A DNA stretch of 34,816 nt from a virus (lineage: Duplodnaviria > Caudoviricetes). The notes beneath the pieces were generated by a model. That model worked only from the letters and a program-made list of their open reading frames with translations, did no database searches and was not told the origin of the DNA. Shown piece by piece: positions 1-8,365 of this stretch. Location: positions 1 to 34,816 of IMG/VR virus record IMGVR_UViG_3300033067_001418. One strand, given 5' to 3'. The position numbers and the translations under genes were made by a program. Every line of letters starts with the position of its first letter. Position 1 is the first letter of the stretch.

Positions 1-11
1 ATCTGGCGCTG

Positions 12-2279
12 GTGGCCGGCGATGATGGGCTGCCGTTCGACCTGACGATCTACCAGCCGGGCGTCGGGCGGGAAATTCGCAAGGACTGCATCTACACCCA
101 CAACACGACGACGTGGACCCGCGGCACGCTGGCGGCGAGCAGCACAGGGGCTGCAATCAGCCTGACCAGCGCGGCGATTGTCGAGGTGGTACTCGAGGCG
201 TCACGGTTGCTTAGTGTGCCGGTGGTAGTCGGCGACGCGGCTGCCGCAACCGCAAATGCTGTGAACATCCAGGCAGCACTCAACACGCAGCACAAAGCGC
301 ACATCACTACGGCCGGCACTGTCTACATCAACAAGACGATTCTGATGGGGTCCGGCGATTCGTTGGCGCTGGGTGCGGGCGTGTTGGTAAAGCTCGCGCC
401 AAATTCGGATTGCAACCTTGTTCGCAACCGGGACGCTGGCGTTGTCATTTACAACACGGCGGTTGTCCGCGCATCCAATGTGGTGACAGTGAGTGAGCCC
501 GGGCATTCGCGCGCGGTCAATGACGAGGTTCTAGTCTCCAATTTTTCTGTAGATACCAGTTTCAACGGGCTGCATACGGTGGCGAGCGTCGCCGCAGATT
601 CCTGGACCTACGCAAGCACCGGAAGCGACGGCAGCCCCAGCAGTTACGGCTACTTCAACCCGGCAAACAACCAGTTGGCTGCTGCGAATTTTGTCTCGTC
701 ATCGAACGTGGTGACAGTCACCGAGGCCGGTCACACACGCCAGCCGGGCGACGCTGTCTTCGTGGCGAACCTCGCCACCAACACCTCGTTCAACGGAACG
801 TGGCAGGTGGTTACCGTGACCTACACGGCCGGGGTTGGTGTGTCTTGGACCTACGTCAAGACCGGCGCAGACACCAGCCCCACCGGCTACGGCGTGGTGC
901 TCGGCGAGAACTACATTTCCATCCTTGGCCCGGGGAGGTTCGAGGTGGACTACCCGAACCAAAGCTCCGCCGCAGCATATCAAACGGCTGGGGCGGTACG
1001 CGGAATATCCCTAGGAAATGTCAGCAAAGTCCGTGTAGGCGACGGGCTGCGGTTTGCGAACGCCTGGGGTTACTGCCTGTGGATGTTCAACAGCAGCGAC
1101 GTGCTTGTCGACGGTTGTTATTCGGATGGCACAAAGGGCGACGTGGTTCACTTTGAGGCGCCGGGCGACCGCATAAAGGTCGCGAACGTATATGGGTCGT
1201 CGGGCGACGACATGGTGGCGTTCACCAACGTCAATCCTGCGCTAGGCGGTTCGTACCTCGGGTTGGCGTCCCCGTCCGGTGTTGGCAACTTTGGTGCGCT
1301 TGAACTCGACAACATCGTTCCTAGCAACAGTAGCGCGCCCGCCGTTATCAAGTACGCGTCATGCACCGGCTACGGCTGCAAGTCGCTGCGCATCAAACGG
1401 CTCGGCGGGACCATGAGTGGCGCCGGGCTGTCGGGTGTTGCATTGGTGGACGACAGCGCAAGCCTTACAGGAGGGTCGCTGGATTATCTGGAGATTGATG
1501 GCTTCACCTTGACGGGCGGTTATGCATCGTCGCGCATGCTGCTTATCACGCAAACTGGTGGCATCAAGAAAGTCAAACTGTCCAACATCCAGTGGCCGTC
1601 AACATGGCTGGCGTCCCAGTTGCTGCTGGCGGAATCGGCTATCACGATCAACGAGTTTCATCTAGCGGACAGCAGTCTTGATGTTCTACTGAGCAGCGGC
1701 AAAGACGTGCTGCTGCTCAGTGCTGCATTGACGATTAGTGACCTGCACATCAGCAACTGCAATTTCAACGGCAACAGTGGCGGGGGCAATGTGGTCACGC
1801 AACAGAATGGCGCGACCGTGTCCAGGCTATACATCACTGACGTTGTCGCCAACGCACTGAACAGTTTTTGGCGGCAGAATGGAAGCGGCACAACAAACGA
1901 AATCTATGCCACCAATCTGCGAGGGCTTGCCAACGCCAACGTGTTTACCAACGTCAGCAATGTCACCATCAACTGTGTGAATTGCAAGTTCACAAGCACC
2001 GCGAACAACGATTTTCAAGTTGGCGGCGGAACGGTCAGGATCGTCGGCAAGAACCTGCAAACGACAGCGGCCGGCGACACGGTACTGCTGAACTACAACA
2101 GCAGCAGCGTGAGCTATTCCTGCCCAGACAAAGAGGCTGGGATAGACCTTGGCGCTAATGGCGGCTCGCCTCCAGCCGGGCTCGTGCCTATTGCCGGGGA
2201 TCAGATTTACAACACCAATGGAACTGGCGCCGGGTTGTACGGCTACACGGCGGCTGGTGCATGGTCTAGTATTTTCTGA
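12..2279 (+). CDS. Tailspike/fibre with right-handed beta-helix (pectate-lyase-like) and two inserted FCCH-like repeats; possibly 5'-truncated
   Basis: 'NAVNIQAALN..AGTVYINKTI' beta-helix cap, 'GDVVHFE..GSSGDDMVAF' rung motifs, Asn/Ser/Thr-rich C-half. Frame is open back to base 3, so the true start may lie outside the window. Confidence 0.75.
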   Translation: MAGDDGLPFDLTIYQPGVGREIRKDCIYTHNTTTWTRGTLAASSTGAAISLTSAAIVEVVLEASRLLSVPVVVGDAAAATANAVNIQAALNTQHKAHITTAGTVYINKTILMGSGDSLALGAGVLVKLAPNSDCNLVRNRDAGVVIYNTAVVRASNVVTVSEPGHSRAVNDEVLVSNFSVDTSFNGLHTVASVAADSWTYASTGSDGSPSSYGYFNPANNQLAAANFVSSSNVVTVTEAGHTRQPGDAVFVANLATNTSFNGTWQVVTVTYTAGVGVSWTYVKTGADTSPTGYGVVLGENYISILGPGRFEVDYPNQSSAAAYQTAGAVRGISLGNVSKVRVGDGLRFANAWGYCLWMFNSSDVLVDGCYSDGTKGDVVHFEAPGDRIKVANVYGSSGDDMVAFTNVNPALGGSYLGLASPSGVGNFGALELDNIVPSNSSAPAVIKYASCTGYGCKSLRIKRLGGTMSGAGLSGVALVDDSASLTGGSLDYLEIDGFTLTGGYASSRMLLITQTGGIKKVKLSNIQWPSTWLASQLLLAESAITINEFHLADSSLDVLLSSGKDVLLLSAALTISDLHISNCNFNGNSGGGNVVTQQNGATVSRLYITDVVANALNSFWRQNGSGTTNEIYATNLRGLANANVFTNVSNVTINCVNCKFTSTANNDFQVGGGTVRIVGKNLQTTAAGDTVLLNYNSSSVSYSCPDKEAGIDLGANGGSPPAGLVPIAGDQIYNTNGTGAGLYGYTAAGAWSSIF

Positions 2280-2290
2280 GCGACTGAACA

Positions 2291-3412
2291 ATGTACGGGT
2301 CGTTTCCATTCGGCGGGTCGCCATTCGGCGGAAGCGGTGACGGCGCCGGCCTGACGCTCTACTGGGCGATCCAGCCGTCCGGCACCGCGAACTGGGCCGA
2401 CAACGCCACAGGCGGCGGGTATATCCGCGACGGCAAGGACGGCGCCGGATCGGCGCTTCCCGCCGGCAGCTACGGCAGCCAAGCCTACACCGCTGCCGGC
2501 CAGATCGACATGGCGGTGGCGGCCAGTGGGTTGACGCCGGGCCAGAGCTACGAATTCGGGTTCGTCCTCTACGATTCGGCGGCTGACGAGTATTCCAACG
2601 TCGTCGTCAGCGCGGCGCTGGTGACGCTCAATGCGTACACCCTTGATGTCACATCTGGTGCCTACGCCATCACCGGCCAAAGCGTTGGGTTGACCGCAGG
2701 CACAACGCTTGATGTATCGGCTGGAAGCTATCAGGTCACCGGACAGGATGTTGGTCTGCTCACCTCTCGGAAGGTTGCAATCACGCCTGGTTCGTACTCG
2801 ATATCCGGGCAGAGCGTCGATCTGTTGTATGGGGCTTTGAACTCGTACAGCGTAGACATCACACCAGGTGCCTACGCAATCACCGGCCAAAGCGCTGGCC
2901 TCGCTGCCGATAAAGTGCTCGGCATCTCAACTGGTGGGTACGCGCTGACCGGGAGCAATGTCGGCCTGACATATACGCCACTCGGATCGTTCTTGATCGA
3001 CATCACTCCAGGCGCCTATGCAGTCAGCGGGCAAAGTGTCGGCCTGGTATCAACGCGAACGATCGACGTCACCACCGGCACCTATGCGCTTTCCGGCCAG
3101 AACGTCGAGTTGTACTCAGGTATCGGGCTGATCGTCACGCCTGGCAGCTACGCCGTCACCGGCCAAGACGTCGCACTTGCGGCAGCGCTTCAGCTCGCGA
3201 TCACGACGGGCTTGTACGCACTGACCGGAAACTCAGTCCTGCTGACCTACAGCGGGGCGCCAGTGGACGCCGTGTTCCCTGATCCGGCCACCGTGATCTG
3301 GGGCATCACGTACGGCCCAACAGGGGCCGACTACACGGGTACGCTGCTCGTGCCGACGGCTGACGACATCGCTACCGCGGTCTGGTCCAAGGTGCTGCCG
3401 CTGACGCCATGA
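2291..3412 (+). CDS. Virion fibre-like protein with nine ~22-aa repeats
   Basis: N-terminal MYGSFPFGGSPFGG; nine copies of approx. (L/I/V)x(I/V)TxGxYx(I/L/V)(T/S)Gxxxx L; C-terminal 'PDPATVIWGITYG..YTGTL' and 'IATAVW' motifs seen in phage fibres. Confidence 0.7.
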   Translation: MYGSFPFGGSPFGGSGDGAGLTLYWAIQPSGTANWADNATGGGYIRDGKDGAGSALPAGSYGSQAYTAAGQIDMAVAASGLTPGQSYEFGFVLYDSAADEYSNVVVSAALVTLNAYTLDVTSGAYAITGQSVGLTAGTTLDVSAGSYQVTGQDVGLLTSRKVAITPGSYSISGQSVDLLYGALNSYSVDITPGAYAITGQSAGLAADKVLGISTGGYALTGSNVGLTYTPLGSFLIDITPGAYAVSGQSVGLVSTRTIDVTTGTYALSGQNVELYSGIGLIVTPGSYAVTGQDVALAAALQLAITTGLYALTGNSVLLTYSGAPVDAVFPDPATVIWGITYGPTGADYTGTLLVPTADDIATAVWSKVLPLTP

Positions 3413-3645
3413 TCACCGCCGGCGACCGCATGGTCCAGCTGGCCGGCTACGGCGGGGCCGCTGGGGCTTTGCTGGTGTCTCTGGCCGCCGGCAGCACTGC
3501 TGGTGAGCGAATGGTGGCCAGGTCGACTCTTGGATCAGAGACGGCGGCAGTTCACCATATGTACGACCCGCCAGGCGGCGCCGGCGGCAGGGCAAGGCAG
3601 GCCGGCTTCATGTCCAACATGGGCGCCTTCATGACCAGGGTGTAG
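3409..3645 (+). CDS. Small hypothetical protein (78 aa)
   Basis: ATGA overlap with upstream stop; internal repeat TAG(D/E)RMV twice. Confidence 0.7.
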   Translation: MITAGDRMVQLAGYGGAAGALLVSLAAGSTAGERMVARSTLGSETAAVHHMYDPPGGAGGRARQAGFMSNMGAFMTRV

Positions 3646-3655
3646 ACGCCGTCTA

Positions 3656-3687
3656 TTGCGCACGCCGATCTGATAGTGCTACTATCA
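3656..3687 (+). promoter_or_regulatory. Sigma70-like promoter with overlapping inverted repeat (operator candidate)
   Basis: TTGCGC (3656-3661), 18-nt spacer, TGcTACTAT extended -10 (3677-3685); perfect inverted repeat TGATAGT-gct-ACTATCA (3671-3687) covers the -10. Confidence 0.6.
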
Positions 3688-3736
3688 CGCCCGGGACAGT
3701 CCGACCGCAAGTTGCCTGACCCGCCCGCTCCTCCTC

Positions 3737-3761
3737 AGCCCGCCTTGTGCGGGCTTTTTTT
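3737..3761 (+). terminator. Rho-independent terminator
   Basis: AGCCCGC-cttgt-GCGGGCT stem-loop followed by a T run (to 3761). Confidence 0.85.
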
Positions 3762-3766
3762 CGCCT

Positions 3767-4057
3767 GTGATGGACGTATCGCACCTTCGAATCGAGGACT
3801 TTCGGACTCCGGTCTGGAAGCGACTGACGCAGACGCTGCACGCAGAGCTGCAGCGCCTTCGTGAGTCGAACGACGTCGCGTCGAAAGACGAAATTCAAAC
3901 GGCCTTGATACGCGGTCAGATCAAGGTCTTGAAAGAGATCATCGCCCTGGATGCGTCTGCATCGAGCGCGATGAGTAATGCCGCCCCGCGCACCTGGGAT
4001 GAAGCCACCCTTGGTGATGCCGAGCGGTCACTGTCGGCGCCAGCGTCGACGTACTGA
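3767..4057 (+). CDS. Small conserved head-module protein upstream of scaffold
   Basis: Helical 96-aa ORF ('W..L...L..LRE.ND....TALIRGQI') at the position where small genes precede scaffold/capsid; start GTG 3767 or ATG 3770, no clear SD. Confidence 0.7.
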   Translation: MMDVSHLRIEDFRTPVWKRLTQTLHAELQRLRESNDVASKDEIQTALIRGQIKVLKEIIALDASASSAMSNAAPRTWDEATLGDAERSLSAPASTY

Positions 4058-4073
4058 GAGACGGACCACATCC

Positions 4074-5006
4074 ATGTCAACCCAGCAGCAACAGGAAGAG
4101 AAGCCTCTGACCCAAGAGGATGCGCAGAACATCTGGAAGGATCTCGACAAGGAAGACCTGAAGGAAGACGCGGAAGCGGCCAAGGCCGCAGCCGACGAGG
4201 ACCGTGAGCAGATCAAGTGGGCCAAGCCCGCCGAAGTGACGCCAGCCGCTGAGAAGCCGGCCGCCGACTCCGAAGCGAAGCCAGCCGCTGCTACTGCCGA
4301 TCCCGCCGTACTTCTGGACCGAGTCTCCGGCCTCGAGCAGCAGAACCAGCGGCTGATGGAGCAGCTGCAGCAACTGAACGGCAAGTTCGGTGGCGTCAAC
4401 AGTGAGCTCTCGCGTCTACGCAGCGCATCGAAAGATGCCGGCGTTCAGACGCCATCGGCGCAGAACATCCAGAAGGCGTTGGAAGACGCCGAATCGATGA
4501 AGCAGCTGGTCGCCGACTACCCAGAGTTCGGCGGTGCGATGCAGAAGGTACTCGAAGGCTACGGCACGAACATCGCCAAGGTCGTCGACGACGCCGTCAA
4601 GCAAAGCATGCCCCAGCCAGGGCAGTTCCTCACCCGACAGGAGTACGAAGCCGGCCTGCGAGAGTTCGCAGTTGAGATGGCCGCTCCAGGGTGGAAGAAG
4701 AAGGTGACTCTCCCCGAGTTCGGTGGTTGGCTCTCGCGGCAGGACAGTGAGACCAAAGCACTCGCAGCATCTGACAACCCGGCTGACGCCGTCGCACTGG
4801 TCAAGAAGTTTGACGACTTCATTGGCAGCGCCACAGCACAGCAGCCCCAGCGTCAGGACTCGCGACAGCGGCGGCTCGATTCTGCTGCACGACTGCCCAA
4901 CGGTGGCCAGGGATCTTCGGTGCGGGCAAAGGACGAAAGTCAGATGTCGCCGGAAGAGCTCTGGAAACACTACGACGAACTTGAGGCCCGGCAAGGTGCC
5001 TCGTAA
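4074..5006 (+). CDS. Putative capsid scaffolding protein
   Basis: Acidic, Ala/Glu/Gln-rich coiled coil, C-terminal 'MSPEELWKHY' helix, immediately upstream of the capsid gene. Start reassigned to ATG 4074, after the upstream stop. Confidence 0.75.
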   Translation: MSTQQQQEEKPLTQEDAQNIWKDLDKEDLKEDAEAAKAAADEDREQIKWAKPAEVTPAAEKPAADSEAKPAAATADPAVLLDRVSGLEQQNQRLMEQLQQLNGKFGGVNSELSRLRSASKDAGVQTPSAQNIQKALEDAESMKQLVADYPEFGGAMQKVLEGYGTNIAKVVDDAVKQSMPQPGQFLTRQEYEAGLREFAVEMAAPGWKKKVTLPEFGGWLSRQDSETKALAASDNPADAVALVKKFDDFIGSATAQQPQRQDSRQRRLDSAARLPNGGQGSSVRAKDESQMSPEELWKHYDELEARQGAS

Positions 5007-5024
5007 CCATCAGGACCAAACATC

Positions 5025-6056
5025 ATGCAAACGTATTCCCTCGTTCCGTCGCGGAACCTCATCATGGCCGAGCGCCAGATGCTGAAGCACGCCATGCCCA
5101 TGAAGGTGATCAGCACCTTCGGCACGCAGAAGGAAATGCCCACCCGCAAGACGGACACCGTCGTGTTCCGTCGCGTCGTGCCTCTCGATGCGGCCGCCAA
5201 CGGCGCACCGGAAGTCACCGCATCCAGCTACATCCTGCAAGAAGGCGTGACGCCCTCGAGCAAGACGCTGACGTACCAGGACGTGCAGTGCACCGTGCAG
5301 AACTACGGCGTGCTGATGAAGCTCTCGAGCAAGGCCGAGGCCCTGTACGAGGACGACATCCCGGGCGACATGACCAAGCTGGTCGGCGAGCACATGGCCA
5401 CCATCGAAGAGCAGATCGCCTACGGCGTCGTGCGCGGTGGCACCAACGTGGTCTACTCGAACGGCACCACCCAGGCCGGCATCAACACCGCCATCAACCT
5501 GAACCGACTGCGCCAGTGCGCTCGCGTTCTGGAGAAGGCCCGCGCCGCCCGCGTCTCGAGCAAGCTGTCGAGCTCGGTGAACTTCGGCACCCAGGCCGTG
5601 CACCCGTCCTACATCGTCTTCGCTCACACCGATGCCGAGAACGACATCCAGAACCTGCCCGGGTTCAAGGACATCGTGGACTACGGTGCGCAGAAGCCTG
5701 TGCACGAGCGTGAGATCGGCGCCGCCGGCACCTTCCGCTTCGTGACGAGCCCTGAGTTCCGCCCGTACGCCTCCGTCGGCGCCAGCGTCTCTGCCAACAC
5801 CTTCTTGGTGGCCGGCGGCGTCGGCTCTGGCAACGCGGACGTCTACCCGTTCATCATCGTCGCCGAAGAGGCGTGGGGCCAGGTCGCCGTCAAGGGCATG
5901 GGTGCAATTGACCCCGTGTACCTGCCCGCGAAGCAGAAGACCCATGCCAACCCGATGGGGATGTTCGGCTACGTCGGTGCTTCCTTCTGGAAGACCGCGG
6001 TGCGCCTGAACGAGAACTGGATGGTGCGTCTCGAGGCGGCCGTCACCGCTCTGTGA
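5025..6056 (+). CDS. Major capsid protein, N4-gp56-like family (HK97 fold)
   Basis: Motifs 'EGVTP', 'QNYG', 'HTDAENDI', 'EREIG..FRFV', 'ADVYP.II...AWG', 'NPMGMFGYVG..FW..VRLNENWM.RLE'; strongly biased codon usage; SD AGGA. Confidence 0.92.
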   Translation: MQTYSLVPSRNLIMAERQMLKHAMPMKVISTFGTQKEMPTRKTDTVVFRRVVPLDAAANGAPEVTASSYILQEGVTPSSKTLTYQDVQCTVQNYGVLMKLSSKAEALYEDDIPGDMTKLVGEHMATIEEQIAYGVVRGGTNVVYSNGTTQAGINTAINLNRLRQCARVLEKARAARVSSKLSSSVNFGTQAVHPSYIVFAHTDAENDIQNLPGFKDIVDYGAQKPVHEREIGAAGTFRFVTSPEFRPYASVGASVSANTFLVAGGVGSGNADVYPFIIVAEEAWGQVAVKGMGAIDPVYLPAKQKTHANPMGMFGYVGASFWKTAVRLNENWMVRLEAAVTAL

Positions 6057-6062
6057 TGACAG

Positions 6063-6083
6063 CCCGGCGGTGACGGCGCCGGG
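6063..6083 (+). other. GC-rich hairpin after capsid gene
   Basis: CCCGGCG-7nt-CGCCGGG with no U-tract; possibly a transcript-stabilising or pause element. Confidence 0.45.
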
Positions 6084-6110
6084 ACATCCAACCCTTCAGG
6101 AGAACCACAC

Positions 6111-6320
6111 ATGCCTTTCCTTCACGTTGTCCAAGCGTTGGACATGAACTCGAAGAGCCGCGAAGAGCTGCTCCGAGAGCTCAACTTCCTGCGCACCGAG
6201 ATCGACGACATCCGCGCCAAGATGGTCACGCTACTTGGAAAGCTCGACGCGGAAACGCTCGCGGCCTCCGACTACGTTACGACCTGTTCGCCCGCGGCTT
6301 CCGTCTTCACCAAGCTCTGA
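6111..6320 (+). CDS. Small coiled-coil virion protein (69 aa)
   Basis: SD AGGAG; heptad pattern; follows the capsid gene. Confidence 0.8.
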   Translation: MPFLHVVQALDMNSKSREELLRELNFLRTEIDDIRAKMVTLLGKLDAETLAASDYVTTCSPAASVFTKL

Positions 6321-6340
6321 TCATTCAGGAGAAATACACC

Positions 6341-6883
6341 ATGTCTCTCAATCTTTCCTCGCCCTCTGGGCTGACCTGCAACTTTGCCAATTTCGCCTTG
6401 GCAGGTTTGGGCGGCGCCATCACGCACTCGCACGCCGCGAGCGTTCCGATCGTCATCAAGGGCCGTTGGGCGACTTCGCCCAGTGGCACGACGACTCCGA
6501 CGACCAACTCGTCGCCTACCCACGTGTCCTCGGTCCTCGGCGCCCTGCCGGCCGGCTCTGCGCTCGCAGTCACAGCGCCGACAGCCGGCTTCAAGGCCGC
6601 GCTGGTGGTCTGGACCTGTGACGCAGCTGGCACCAAGAAGATCCGCTCGAACGGGTTCTTCGCTTCGGCTGGTGGCGCTCCTCTCGACCTGGAGTTCCCG
6701 GCCATTCCAGACGACGAGTGCGTTCTGTCGTATCACACGCTGAAGGCGATCTCCACTCTGTCGGGCACCTGGACCTACGGCGTCGGCAGCAGCAACTTCA
6801 CTGGCGTAACCGGCATGACCACCGGCACCGTCGTCAACGTCTGCGGCGCCCCTGGCGTGGCCGGCGCTGTCACGGTGAGCTGA
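6341..6883 (+). CDS. Putative capsid decoration/accessory protein
   Basis: SD AGGAG; Gly/Ala/Thr beta-rich 180 aa; lies between capsid gene and terminator. Confidence 0.65.
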   Translation: MSLNLSSPSGLTCNFANFALAGLGGAITHSHAASVPIVIKGRWATSPSGTTTPTTNSSPTHVSSVLGALPAGSALAVTAPTAGFKAALVVWTCDAAGTKKIRSNGFFASAGGAPLDLEFPAIPDDECVLSYHTLKAISTLSGTWTYGVGSSNFTGVTGMTTGTVVNVCGAPGVAGAVTVS

Positions 6884-6913
6884 TCGACCTGATCGTCTGA
6901 TGACGATGACACT

Positions 6914-6940
6914 GACCCCGGCCTCAGTGCCGGGGTCTTT
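6914..6940 (+). terminator. Probable (leaky) intrinsic terminator closing the high-copy capsid genes
   Basis: GACCCCGGC-ctcagt-GCCGGGGTC followed by only TTT. Confidence 0.65.
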
Positions 6941-6963
6941 CCATCAACTGCAAGGAAAACCCA

Positions 6964-7446
6964 ATGAGCGGCAACACACCCTGGTTCAAGACTGACTCGG
7001 TCGATTCGAACGACGTCGAGATCGAGCGCGCCACCACCCCATTCAGTGCCGACAGCCCGCTGCCCGCGGCTGTCGAGATGGAGCCCGTCGCGGTTCCGAG
7101 CAAGGCCACCTTCGACATGGAGAAGTTCATGGCGGAGAAGGTCGAGGTCATCCTCGCCGAGCCGATGAGCGAGATGGAGCCGACGTTCGCCGAGCTGCAA
7201 GTCAACGGCGACTACGTCTGCGTCCCTCGCGACGGCATGCCCCACACCATCAAGCGTTACCACCTCGAAGTGCTGGCCCGCGCCAAGCAGTCTCGCGTGC
7301 GCCAGAAGAAAGTCGTCAACCCGGACGGGTCGATGGGCTACCAGGAAGAGTCGGTGCTCGCGCTGACCTATCCGTACCAGCTCATCCGTGACGACAACCC
7401 GCACGGCCGCAGCTGGCTGAAGAGCGTCGCCCGCAACCCGGGCTGA
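6964..7446 (+). CDS. Hypothetical head-completion region protein
   Basis: SD AAGGA; 'VNG....PR......LEVL..AK....YP.....D.NP.G..WL' pattern typical of genes downstream of N4-type capsids. Confidence 0.8.
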   Translation: MSGNTPWFKTDSVDSNDVEIERATTPFSADSPLPAAVEMEPVAVPSKATFDMEKFMAEKVEVILAEPMSEMEPTFAELQVNGDYVCVPRDGMPHTIKRYHLEVLARAKQSRVRQKKVVNPDGSMGYQEESVLALTYPYQLIRDDNPHGRSWLKSVARNPG

Positions 7447-7459
7447 TCGAGGAAGCCGA

Positions 7460-7669
7460 ATGAGCATCAAGACCCACCCGAGCCTGGCCCTACCCGACAA
7501 GGTCATCGGGTACAAGGGTCGCAAGCTCATTCGGGCTCCGCAGGAGGTCGGCTGGTACGACCTCGTCTCGCCTGTCACCAACGCCTCTGTACCGCCGGCG
7601 GCCGCGCCTTCGGCGGCGGCGTTCGGCCCGTCTGGTGACCGTCGCGAATACTCGTTCTCGGTCTCCTGA
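7460..7669 (+). CDS. Small ORF, possibly a truncated virion protein gene
   Basis: SD GAGGA and good codon usage, but ends abruptly at REYSFSVS; in frame with the next gene. Confidence 0.55.
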   Translation: MSIKTHPSLALPDKVIGYKGRKLIRAPQEVGWYDLVSPVTNASVPPAAAPSAAAFGPSGDRREYSFSVS

Positions 7670-7690
7670 CTTCTATGTGTAGGGGCAGTA

Positions 7691-8365
7691 ATGACCTTCC
7701 TTGAGATCTGCCAGGAGCTCGCCAGACTTTCAAGCATCCCCGGCGGCGTCCCGACCGCCGTCACTGGCCAGACCGGCGAGCTGCTGCGCGTCGTCAACTG
7801 GGCCAAGCAGGCTTGGGTCGACATCGAGATCCGCCACCCGCGGTGGAACTTCCTGCGCAAGGATCTGCAGTTCAACACCGTCATCGGCCAGCAGGCTTAC
7901 ACGATGACGCAGATGGCTGCGCTCGACCTCCGCATGGTCGACCGCGACAGCCTGCGCACGTACGAGACCGCGGTCGGTGTGAACGACGAGCAGTACATCG
8001 TCTTCTGGGACTACAACATCTTCCGCGACACGTACATGTACGCCCAGCAGACGCAGCAGCGTCCGACGGTGTTCACGTCCGATCCGGCGAACAAGAACCT
8101 CCTGTTCGGAAGCATCCCGGACAAGATCTACACCGTCCGCGGGAAGTATTGGCGCCGTGCCGTGGCGCCGACGACTGACGCGGAAGTGCCGGCCTTCCCC
8201 GACGAGTACCACCAGCTCGTCGTCTACCGGGCGCTGATGAAGTACGCCGGCTACGAAGCCGCGGGCGATGCGAAGCAGACCGCGCTCGAGGAGTACGGTC
8301 CGCTGATGCGTGCGCTCGAGCGTGACCAGCTTCCGCAGCTGCAGTTTGGGGAGCCCATGGCATGA
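7691..8365 (+). CDS. Head-tail adaptor (tail tubular protein A-like)
   Basis: 'MTFLEIC..LA', 'W.FL', 'P.FP.EYH.LVVY.AL' motifs; precedes the nozzle gene. Confidence 0.75.
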   Translation: MTFLEICQELARLSSIPGGVPTAVTGQTGELLRVVNWAKQAWVDIEIRHPRWNFLRKDLQFNTVIGQQAYTMTQMAALDLRMVDRDSLRTYETAVGVNDEQYIVFWDYNIFRDTYMYAQQTQQRPTVFTSDPANKNLLFGSIPDKIYTVRGKYWRRAVAPTTDAEVPAFPDEYHQLVVYRALMKYAGYEAAGDAKQTALEEYGPLMRALERDQLPQLQFGEPMA

